From Octopus vulgaris (lineage: Eukaryota), in NCBI GenBank assembly GCA_951406725.2, contig OX597814.1, positions 74,772,001 through 74,836,000 of the forward strand: a DNA stretch of 64,000 nucleotides, written 5' to 3'. The position numbers and the translations under genes were made by a program. This document shows, in pieces, positions 27,061-39,174 of the stretch (position 1 is its first letter; every line of letters starts with the position of its first letter). The notes under the pieces are model-generated. The model searched no databases, was not told the DNA's origin, and saw only the letters and a program-made list of their open reading frames with translations.

Positions 27061-28149
27061 CTAGTCAACTGTGACAAGTAGTGTTTAATAAGGTTATGTT
27101 CAAAGTGCTGTACAGCCTCCTCCTTCAATCTAGCATAACAAAAGTCGGCAGGTCAGCTTATTAGATGTAGAGAAATTACATACTGAAATTAAATTAATCT
27201 AGGACAGTTATGATTGTCTCCTAAAAAGACGTCTCATACCTTAAGGGATGCAACTCGTATATGCTTAATTTCAGATCTTCGCGCAGCCGATGTACGGCAA
27301 ACTAAAATTCTTATATACTGGTTGGGTGTATATATTCCTCACCAATAATTTCATCGTCCCGCAAAACAAATGTACTCAACAATTTTCTAATATGTCGTTG
27401 ACGAAAATGCTTATTGAAATATAGTACATCAACTATACGTAAATATAATGTTGAACTTCTCAGGTCAATTGGATAATTTATGCTAATTAATCTATGAAGC
27501 ATTGGTAACTAAGCTTCCGAGACAACATGTAGAGAATATTTACGATTTTTTTGTTGTTGTATGGTTGAGGAAAACCCATGGTAATTGATGGTACAGTAAA
27601 TATTCATTAGTGTGATAACATTTTGCCAATTTCATAGGTTTTGAAACAATAAAGGATACTTTTCAAAATGTAGTTTTTTTCATAAATAGTAAAGGGGTGC
27701 TTTTTATCTTTTCTTTTTTTATTCATTATTTTAAGTTATTCATGAAAGCTCATGTAATAGAATGGTGTTACCAAACAAATTTTGTGATGTTCACAGTCAT
27801 TAAGAAATTAGAATTGTGATATAAGGTCTTAGGAACTGCTTTACAGAGTTCTAATAAATATTATACAAGTCTTACAAAACACATGAAATGAAAAGAAAGG
27901 CCCCAGATTTTTTCTTTTAAATTTTAACTATTCTAGTTACTGCTGAAGAGAAAGTATGAAAAGCTTTGTTCATTTCATATCCAATAACTATGGGCAATAT
28001 TTCAAAATGGTTGACATGGACAAATAGTGCCTTTTTTGATATATTTTGTTTTCAGTTGTGTTAAGTTTAGTCCTTGCATTTAAATATTATAAAGACAAGA
28101 TCCTTTATCATCAGATACAACAGTTTCATCCACTAAATTCTAGCAATTT

Positions 28150-29050
28150 ATTGGATGCACAACTCTGTGCATTGCATTTCAGTGTCACTGCAGCATGATC
28201 CCTGTAAAGATGTTTTTACTTTCAAATTTGGCTCATATCTGCAATTACCTTTGCAACTGCAGTGGGTGAGTTCCACAGAGTCACCCAGAACTGGTGGAAG
28301 CCTGCATCAGACAATTTTAAGATTCTTGAAACCATCAACATCCTCCAACTTTGGGGCTGGGAAGATTTTATTTGCTTCAAACCTTGGCGAAATAAACCTA
28401 GTTGATAATTAGCACTTTTTTATGAGATTCATTAGGGAGTCTATGTTTAGAGATTGTAATGCTTCTACTTGTGTGTAATGTTGAAACATCATACTGGGAT
28501 CTCCTTGGTCATACATATGACACACAGCTCAAAGCAAGAAATCAGCTTGTCAGATGGAACGGAAGTTGAACCAAATTCTTGAAAGGTATTTATATAGCGT
28601 TTGCTCCTTTCCCCCAAAAATCTACTTAGAGAATCACTGTTGAAGAAAGGATAGAATCTGACCCAGGCTGACATATTATAGTAGCCATGATGATTACAAA
28701 GGGACTTAACATCAAGAGTGCGGACTTTGACATCGCGACTAATGGAACTTTTGTCTACACCCCGTGTAGATAATGTGTACACCAGTGTCTATATGATAGC
28801 GAAACTGATGTGATGCCCATGGTGTTGACTGATGAACAGCCTCCATCAGTCACGAAGTAAAGAGCCAACGTTCCTGGTTTTTGCCTTTCGCCATTAGTAG
28901 AGGAGAAGAAAGGGGCTCTTATTTTAATTATGAGCAAAACCAAAGTAACAACACTACCCTCTCTGTATCCTACCCTCAGATCAAGAGCAATGCTACGAAA
29001 ACATCAGCTTCCCTCTTCACGATAACTGAACATTTTATAGTGTACTGTTT
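28150..29050 (-). mobile_element. Fossil Academ-like transposase C-terminus (XPG-like nuclease plus Cys-rich finger)
   Basis: Minus-strand pieces EADVFVALLL, HIIYTGC, FQEFG...FELCV and LPPV...ELTHCSCKGNC...CTELC occur in the order expected for the XPG-like/Cys8 tail of Academ proteins; heavily disrupted. Confidence 0.45.
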
Positions 29051-29451
29051 GTTGACATTGTACAAATAATGGGAGCGGCATGAACCAATTAGATAATGAA
29101 TTGGTATTAGTCCATGTTGTAGGAGAGCCGCTGAGGAAACGTAAACTGCCATCAGATGTCAAGGACCGATAAAGGAAGAGGAAAACACATCTGACTTTCC
29201 CGAAGTAATATACAGTCTGTTATTCAAATAAATATAAATATAAATAGAGTAGAACAATGACATGAAAAGAAGATAAAGCAATACTAAGAACTGGGTCAAA
29301 GTAGGACTGAACGCGATGAGATGTATGTAACGCATTTGATGTGAAGGGTACTGACGTGGGCATGAGAGATGTTATTAATTTAATTGATATGCTCGAGTTT
29401 ACCGAAGTTGAAACCGTTGACTCTAGCTTCTACATATGAAAATGGAAGAAA

Positions 29452-29513
<62 letters not shown>

Positions 29514-29832
29514 GTGTGTGTGTGTGCGTGTGTAAACGATATTTCTTATCTTTTTTGGATGATCCTTGGGAAAGTTATGATGCCAATAACCCAGCAAAGT
29601 CAACTGACTCCGTTCATCTGTGCTAGCTTTTCAGTTGACTGGTGATAAATTTTCGAGTTTAAAACTTATGCTGGAAGCTGAAAATTCATTTACTGTGGCG
29701 ATAGTAAGGAAATTAACCTCTCCCCTTCTACATATATGTGTGTGTGCATATATGGACGATTGTACGCTTATATCTTTAAGTATGTAATAGTGTATCGGCA
29801 GCGATACTGGTTGTTTCTTTACCACTGTAAGT

Positions 29833-30990
29833 TTTTACAGGACTGGACAATATTTCGGCAGAGTTAATGAAATCGGGTGGCCAGATCATGGTAGAAAGGT
29901 TGACACAGTTATGTAACGCATGCTGGGTGGGAAAAAGGGTACTTGATAAGAGGACCAAAGGAATCATTATTAAACTACCAGAGAAAGAAGGTTTGAGCAA
30001 CTGCCAAAACTGGAGGGTAATATCACTATTGTCAACGCCGGGTAAAGTGCTGTGCTCAGTGTTGCTGTTCCAGTTGAGGTTTGTACTAGATGTAAAGCTG
30101 AGAGAACAACAAGCTGGATTTCAACCCAGCAAATCGCGCTGCGAGCAAATATTCACACTGCGCAACATCGTAGAACAATGCATGGAACACCAAAGAACAC
30201 TAATAATAAACTTCATTGACTCCAAAAAGGTGTTTGACAGTGGGCACAGAGAAACTCTCTAGAAGATTGTAAAAGTGTATGGAATACCAGATGATTACAT
30301 AAGTCTGCTTAGCAGTTGCTACAACTGAAGCTGCTGCATTAGAACAAAGAATGGAATCACTAGTTTTATTAAAATCGTCACTGCAGTAAGATGTTGTTTC
30401 TGATGGTCATCGATTTTTATGTGAAGATCAATGGTGAGATCGGCTGTAGACATATCATGAACGGCGAGGGACTGGATAACAGACTTGGATCTTGCCGGTG
30501 ACATTGCCATGATGGCTGAGAATCGCCTAACATTACGAAAAATGGCAGCAAAAATGGAAAGGGTAGTGGCGAAGAATTGGTTGAGAATCAGCGGTCAAAA
30601 AATAAAGGTAATACAAGTTGCAAAACAACTAGAAAGTGTACCAGTGAAAGTTTGACAAAAACCAGTCGAAGTTATAAGCTTCACATATCTGAGAAGCATA
30701 GTGACAAGCAACGGTGATGCATATACAGATGTAAGCTGCAGAATTGGCAGGCAGCGGCAGTATTCAGGAGACTGAAAACACTTTGATGTAGCAATAACAT
30801 AAGTATAGAGCTGAATATTGGTCTGTACAAAACAATACTGCCAACAGCGAGCTAAGCAGGTGAGACCGGGAAGATGACAGCAAAACGCAAAATGAACATC
30901 ACCTGGGAATAAGCATATTGGTTGGCCAGGGACGGAGATAATTGGCAATGACTGACTGCCTGATGTGCCGCTCAAAGGCACCAACGGACC
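29833..30990 (+). mobile_element. 5'-truncated, decayed RTE-clade LINE (RT) with (GAA)n tail to about 31100
   Basis: KGIIIKLPEK..LSNCQNWRVISLLSTPGKVL, LREQQAGF, EQIFTLRNIVEQ, FIDSKKVFDS, and a degenerate FADD (DLDLAGDI). Confidence 0.9.
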
Positions 30991-31156
30991 GAAGAAGAAG
31001 AAGAAGAAGAAGAAGAAGAAGAAGAAGAAGAAGAAGAAGAAGAAGAAGAAGAAGAAGAAGAAGAAGAAGAAGAAGAAGAAGAACAAAAAAAGAAGAAGAA
31101 CCGGCGCAATTGTATGTCTTTTGTGTAATCTTAACACGTTAATATCACTCATTCAT

Positions 31157-31211
31157 GATGCAATTGCCCTACCTCTCAACGTGCATATACATGTACGCGT
31201 GTGTGTTGATA

Positions 31212-31259
<48 letters not shown>

Positions 31260-31401
31260 GGATTAAGCACATAAATGTGAAACGAGGTGGATAAAAGAGT
31301 ACTCAAATACCACAGGTAGAGTAATATGTCCGATGGGCGGGAACGTGAAACTCCGAGTAACAGCTTTTGTTATATTTCTGCTGCTTTTAAATAAAAAAAA
31401 A

Positions 31402-31434
<33 letters not shown>

Positions 31435-31629
31435 TACTCTATTTAAAAGCAGCAGAAATATAACAAAAGCTGTTACTCGGAGTTTCACGTTCCCGTTCGT
31501 CGGACATATTACTCTACCGCTGGTATTTTAGTACTCTTTTCCACCTTGTTTCACATTTATGTGCTTACTCCGGCATATATATATATTATGTGCTTACTCC
31601 GGTATATATATATATTATGTGCTTACTCC

Positions 31630-31689
<60 letters not shown>

Positions 31690-31750
31690 TATATATATCA
31701 ACACACACGCGTATATGTATATGCACGTTGAGAGGTAGGGCAATTGCATA
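31157..31750. repeat. About 600-bp nested palindrome around (AT)n with two hammerhead-like pLTR pieces
   Basis: 31157-31215 inverted at 31692-31750; 31262-31394 inverted at 31440-31570. The minus strand at about 31473-31503 reads CCGACGA-ACG-GGAA-CGT-GAAAC-TCCGA-GTA. Confidence 0.85.
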
Positions 31751-31790
31751 TAAATATATATATGCATATATATTTATACAGTATAGACAC

Positions 31791-32304
<514 letters not shown>

Positions 32305-33082
32305 TATGAATGTTATACATATGCGCATCGTTATTTTAATTTAATACTATTGCAGATGCGTGCGTGTGTGTGTGTGTACATACATTTTATGTCAATGTAT
32401 CTATAGTTACATATGTATTTCTATAGTTGCTTAAGAAATTAGTTATATGTATGTAGGTATTATTTATATAATTAAATCATTCTCTCACTCGGAAGCTACA
32501 TACATCGCTTCACGTCATGTTAATGTATGCAAATGTCATTAGACATTCCTCTAAACAAATAATTCCTACTTTCAAGGGAGTGATCTGATGTACTTCCTTT
32601 ATGAGAAAGAGGAAATGTACTAAACATATATTTACACTATGGCATTAAAAGGGAACTTGCGGACATGGCACCGATCACGTACGTTGTCGCGGAATTGTCA
32701 GCGTTTATACAAAATGTGTTAAAAGTGTAATGATGCCATCAGTTCTTGGAGACATAACTATGTGTACGTCACATTATGTTGCGCCGTTCAGGTGGTTCTT
32801 TTAGGTAACTAGTACCGATACGAATGCCATCGCTCACTGTGTTTGATTGGTAGAATCGTTAAAGCACCGAACAAAAAAAAATGTTTTGCGGTGTTTAGTT
32901 AAGACAATTTCTGTTCTGAGTTCAAATCCAGCGGAAGTCGACCTCGCTTCTTATTGTTTCGGTGTCCATAAAATTAAAGTACGATTCAAGTACTGAATTA
33001 TGGTGACCTTCTGTCTCCGTTAAAAACCAATATCATAACTGTCTTAAATGATCACCGATTATATAGGGTGCGTATAATTATA

Positions 33083-34657
33083 CAGGGTGCGTAAGATATT
33101 TCAGGACAGATTTGTGTTTATATAATAACAGATAATAACTTTGTTTATCAAAAGTGCTATGAGGATAAAAATAAACCTTCTTTTCTATAATGTTGATCAA
33201 TAAAGCCACCTTCAGCTTTAACAACTGTTTCTATATAAGATCTAAATCATCTACATGCTCGAATCAAGTGGTCCTGGTTCATTTTGGACATTACTCTGAC
33301 TATGGCAGCTTTCAAAGAATTTTTGGCATTATGGGCATGTTCACTGATCTCTCTCTCAACAACGCTCCACGTGTAATAGGCCAACGGATTGAGATCTGGG
33401 GAATTGGGAGGTCAAATGTTAGGGGTTATGTGATCATGAAAATTTTCAACCATCCATTCCTGTGTTACTAGAGCCATGTGTGATAGTGCAGAGTCTTACT
33501 GAAGCACATACGGCCTTCTATTGCATACACTGTCTATCCAAGGCTTAACAATTATTTCCAGGTCCTCAATGTAGCGGTATAGTTAACTCTAAGGCCTTGT
33601 GGATAGAAGGAGGCATCACATGTTCTTCATTGCTGACAACCCCTAAAACCATGACAATTGCAGGAACTATTGTATGCAGAAGGGTCTGCATACAACCATC
33701 TGTCATTTCTTCTGTTAACTTTTTGATTTTGGTCGAAGTATTTCTCGTTGAGTTAAACCAAATCAAATCTTCTGCTGGGTTTCTCAGTTTGTTCAAGAGC
33801 CTTTTAGATTTAATGTAGTGATTTTCCTTTGCTTTTTCTGACAAAGTAACCTTTCTTCATCATATAAGACTTATGTCTGATGTCATCGTGGACAGCGTTT
33901 CTGGCTGTTCCTTCTGACACATGGAGTTCTTTTGCAATTGACCTCATGGACCTTCTGAGATTGTAATCAATGGTCTGTTGAACTTGATGGATAAATTCAG
34001 GTGTGCTGATGATTTGAGAGCGTTTAGAATGCTTTTTTATTTACATTATTTACATTTGACGGATATTTGTCCTCATCTTGTTTGTTGTTAACACAACGTT
34101 TCGGCTGATATACCTTCTCTTCATCAAGTGTCTTGGGGAAATTTCGAACCTGAGTTCTAATTCCTAAGGTATTTTTCGATATTATTATTATTATTATTAT
34201 TATTATTCATGTCACTGTCTGGAATCGAACTCGGAATCTTGGGGTTAGTAACCCGCGCTCTTAACCACTACGCCATATGCCCTGATGAAGGCTGGAGGGT
34301 TTTGTTAACAGCCGAAACGTTTTGTTAACAATAAACAAGATGAGTACAAATATCCGTCAAATGTAAATAATTCTTCATCTCTTAACTATAGAACTGTATG
34401 CTCTTTTATGTTTTGATACTGGTGATACGTTTCTATCTTCAGTTTCTAGCTCCTTACAAACTTTACAGACGAAAGATCGAGACATTTCTAAATCGCTATG
34501 CTCAGCCTTTATAACCAGAATAACAGCATTCCTTTTCATTTTTTGAGTAAGCTGAGGGTCTGCCATTATTATTTTCAGAAACAAAGATTATACAGAGTTA
34601 GCAAAAAGGCTGCAATGACCCAAAAAAGGTATATTCTCAAATATCTTACGCACCCTG
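33083..34657 (-). mobile_element. Degenerate Tc1/mariner superfamily element, maT/DD37D-like
   Basis: TA|CAGGGTGCGTAAGATATTT ... AAATATCTTACGCACCCTG|TA inverted ends; minus strand *PPNSPDLNPLAYYTWSVVE and MVLGVVSNEEHVMPP. Confidence 0.85.
34041..34397 (-). mobile_element. tRNA-headed SINE with hammerhead-bearing pLTR-like tail and an inverted tail copy, inserted in the maT element
   Basis: Minus strand head GGGCATATGGCGTAGTGGTTAAG...GAGTTCGATTCC (34282-34211), (AAT)n, tail TTGATGAAG...CAGCCGAAACGTT; plus-strand tail copy from 34281; flanking 12-mers ATGCTTTTTTAT / ATGCTCTTTTAT. Confidence 0.75.
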
Positions 34658-34675
34658 TATATAAAAGAATTTGGG

Positions 34676-34731
<56 letters not shown>

Positions 34732-36133
34732 TCTGGGCTATGTAAAGGTTAGTCTGGTTGACACGACTATATGGCTTTAATTTTGCTTTGCAGTTGTGTG
34801 AATACACGTTCGAATCTACTGCACTGTAACTTACTCTTCTACCTTAGCTTAGGCATAACACAAATATTGTCCGTGAAAATGGGTAGAACAGTGTAGAATC
34901 CCGTCGGATGGGCTAAGCTGTCACCCTGTTTAATATCAGCACCTGGTTTTGGGGTGCCTTTCGTTGAGTCCATTCTGTTGTAAGTATTCTAACCGAGAAC
35001 ATCAAGATCTTACCTTTCATTTTGTCTCGGAAGTATTCGTAGAAAGGTAGCATCAATATGCTGTTTTCCACTTATTAGTCACAAAAAGTTGTATCTTCTC
35101 TTTTCCGAAACAGTCTAGCCCGAACTCCCATATCTGCCCAAATTCAGATTGCCTGTTAGAAAAATCATACGCGACAAATAACATGTGCCCACGCTCGAAA
35201 ATAATACTATTCTTTCATAAGCAAAATTTCCGCCAGAGAACATTTTAGAATATTTTGTCTGACAATATTTTGATAGTAATTCTAACGCACTAATTTGAAT
35301 TGTCGTCTTAAAATTTAGTCCTGAGTAAAGAAACATAGTAGTTGTCAAAGATGTACAACTATTTGCAGAACCTAATTCAAAATTTACTTAAACATACACT
35401 TTTTCTCCCAGGGAAGGCACTGTTGAATAAATATATTAATTCCACCAGGATTTCTGGAATTCCTATGTGGATGATGAAATAGGTTCTTATGGGCATCATC
35501 ATATAACAATTGCCGTAATTTACAAGATTATAAAACGTCTCAAAAGCTTTTAATGAAATGCCTGTCGTATCATACTTCATACATATATTTGATTATTTAT
35601 GTAATATACATATATATTAATACATACATACACACATATACTCGTTTGTAAATAAAAGTAGATAAATGAACAGAATTCCTAAAGGCGTCTATTATTTCGG
35701 TTACAATTTGTTAAAATGCATACCAGCCCTAAAAGAATAACCAAATACTGTTACAAGAAATTACCGAAAATAAATTATTTCTCGTTAATTCCAGTAGTTT
35801 TTAAGCTACGGGCAACCACTTACAATTCAGCATCTTTGAAAAAGTTAAAATCTAGTGCAGAAACGAAAAATTCAGCATGGTATCACATATCACTCGCAAA
35901 AAATTTGTAAAGCTTTGACATATTTCTAGTTTTATAAAGTTTGGAGAAGAGGTTTATCGAGGATTCAGTTAAATCTAGAATATATTATTAGCAGTTATTT
36001 TTTTTTCGACCTCAACGATGAAAGGTAAAAGTCTAATGCTTTTAAGTTTCGGAACTTTAAGAGACGATACTACATTTTGAATTTTGCAAATTATTTTGTC
36101 CAGAGTCTATCTCTTCTACTATCCACCACAATT

Positions 36134-36582
36134 TCTATATTATAATTCTGAAATGCAAAAAGTTTGTTTGTCTGATTTTGGTATTGGAACGTGTTAAATG
36201 GCCCTAGATCCCGTCGGATTGACTCCAAAATTTATAGGGACATGTAAAATGAGGTGAGGATGCCAGTGGGCTAGGTTAGAAGTCCCCAGCTTAAAAGGTG
36301 TCGTTGCAAGGGCCAAAAACGCACACTTTGACAAGTCTACTCTCATTCTTTTATGTGTCTGTCTTTCTCCATCTCTCTCTCTTTCCTCCCTTCCTCTCAC
36401 CTTCTCTCTATAACGTCGCTTCACAGCGTCTATTATCTTTCCCCCGCCGCCATTGCATTCTATTATCTGCCTGTCTTTCCCCATCTCTCTCTCTCTCTCT
36501 TTCCTCCCTTCCTTTCACCTTCTCTCTATAACGTCGTTTGATAGCGTCTACTATCTTTCCTCCGCCGCCTTTGCCAGCGCTG

Positions 36583-36619
<37 letters not shown>

Positions 36620-38199
36620 GTCTGTCTGCATTCATAGAGAGAATTATCATCGCCACCACCACCACCACCACCACCACACAATCGTGAGAATCTTTCTCTT
36701 AAAACAAATAATCTTTAGGTTTCAAAATATTTGATTTTTCAGTCCTCTCTTTCATATATCACCTTTTCTTCCTCGATCTCTCTCTTTTCCCCTTCCCTCC
36801 ATTTCTCTCTCTATAACGACGTTTGACACCTCCGCCGTCTCTCTTTCTTCTCCAACGCGTCTCTCAATGTATTTCTGTTTGTATCTATAAAGACGAAACG
36901 TGACAGCCCCAAAAGTTTAAATATTCCCACCACAGGTCTTTCAGAAAGGTGAATTATTATCTCCCACCACCACCGCACAATTATAACAGATATTATTTAT
37001 CAGAAGATATGTTATTATTTTACGTGGATAAAAGATTTGCTGTGCTAAGAAACATTATACCCTTTTAAAGAATTTATTTGTATGCTCAAGGCGACCGTCG
37101 TTAACAAAAATTTTCCAGTTTTGAAATATTTGCTTCTTAACTATTCTATTCGTTTTCTCATTCTAAACCTAATCATCTTTAGGTTTCCAAATATTTTATT
37201 TTTCAGATTTGCTTTTCAATATGCCTATGCGTAAGCGCTCCAACTTATCAAACCACCGAGCTAGAGTGAGGAAATTGCAAAAGAGGGAGGCACTTGCTCG
37301 GGTAATTTTTTGATTACTAAATAGCCTTTTTACCCAAAAGAAAAATATTTCTAATACGGGCTATTCGCTTGCCTTCTGGTGATAAGTTTCCGTTTTTAAA
37401 TTTTATTTTTTAACATTTTACTTTACTGACAATATTAAAATCATTGAGAGTGGACTAGGTTAGAAATCCCTATCTTAAAAGGTGTGGTTACTAGGGCAAA
37501 AAATGCACATTTTGACAAGTCTACTCTCATTCAATTATCTGCCTGTCTTTCTTCATCTCTCTCTCTTTCTTTCCTCCCTTCCTTTCACTTTCTCTCTATA
37601 ACGTCGTTTGATAGCGTCTACTATCTTTCCTCCGCCGCCTTCAATATATTTAAACCCTTCGTCGTTATTCTCATTCACTCATTATTACTTTCTCTCTCCC
37701 CCTCTCTCTCTCTCTATCTATATATATAGAGAAAGATTCTCATGATTGTGTGGTGGTGGGGGTGGCGATGATAATTCTCTCTATGAATGCAGACAGACGT
37801 AGAGATAGAGAGAGTGACAGCGCTGGCGAAGACGGCGGAGGAAAGATAGTAGACGCTATCAAACGACGTTATAGAGAGAAAGTGAAAGGAAGGGAGAAAG
37901 TAATAATGAGTGAATGAGAATAACGACGAAGAGTATAAAAAGCGTAAAAATATTTTCTTTCTCAACTTACTCAAGATCTTTTGTTGTTTATAAATGGGAG
38001 AGTGATAGATAGAGAAAGATAGAGAGTAAGAGAAAGCGAGGGAAAATCCGAGAGAAATGAAGAGTAAGAGAGTGGGAAAGTGAGAGAGAAAGGAGAGAGA
38101 AACAAAGAGGAAGAATGTGGCGATAAGAAACAGAAAGGAAGCAACAGAAAGTAACAACCACAACCTCACCCGCATGTAGAGCGGGTCACCTTAAGCTAG
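36134..38199 (+). mobile_element. Non-autonomous Helitron-like element with internal duplications and an inversion
   Basis: 3' end ACCCGC-ATGTAGA-GCGGGT hairpin, 9 nt, then CTAG|T; 5' TCTATATTATAA (approximate boundary). Confidence 0.65.
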
Positions 38200-39174
38200 T
38201 TCTAAAATAATAAGTAATCGTAAAGCAACATATTAACACTAACGTTCTTCTATCGGATTAAAAAATCAAGATTGTTTAACCTTTCTTTTACTCGAATCTC
38301 TAGGTTCAAATACAGCTCAAATGACGTTGATTAAATCAACTATAACCTTTTATAGACCAAGAGGCATAAATAGGTAAGATGTTAGACAACTTGCCAATGA
38401 ATCTTTACATCAAATCTGCTACAGGCGTTTCATTGCATTATATATACATTTATATGTTCGTCAGAGAACTTTATTCTACGTATATCACCTCAAATAGATA
38501 TTGAAAATAGCTTTCAAATAATTTTACAATGTTATTTGTGATACAGACTATGCAAGAAGTGATTTTATCTTCCAAACGCTTCATTCAACAAATTAGGAGC
38601 TAAGTACCTATTTTTAGCAGTTCATTAGAATTTAGTAACCATATTGCATAACACCTGATTTTGTATAAATTACATTTATGCCTCGTTAAAATGTATCCAT
38701 TTCAACTAAACGTAGTTTATTAGCTGGTGTGCCAAATGAAACTGGGTATTCGCTTTTGTCACCAGTACTTCAGTTTTCTGCACAATTTGAAATCTTCATA
38801 TTTTGTTAATTTTCTACATATTAATCTTACTTAATTTATGGTATAATTTTTAATTGATAGATTTAGAATAAAAAATTATAATAAATTATAAAAAGGTATA
38901 TTACAAATTTTTTGAAAAATATTGTGTAAGAAAAATCTAAATCTCGTACAAAATGAAAGTTATTCTAACAACACAGTAAAGCATGTAGAGCAGTTTGTTT
39001 CTAGATTATTAAACCTATTGTTTTGTAACTTCTTGTTAAAATTGCTCGGCAGTCTCTTGAATTTTGTAGTCTTCCGCTTACTTTTGTAGTACTTCCGCTT
39101 ACGAGATTAATTGATAAAAACATACTCAAAGATTCTGTCTAACAGGAAACTCCTTTGTTTTGCTATTCTACATG

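Noticed and set aside
30595-31258. Poly-F, poly-K and poly-R ORFs
   Set aside because: Translations of the (GAA)n tail of the RTE element.
34211-34282. tRNA gene
   Set aside because: A and B boxes are present but the acceptor stem does not pair and the sequence continues into a SINE body; the same holds for the other SINE heads.
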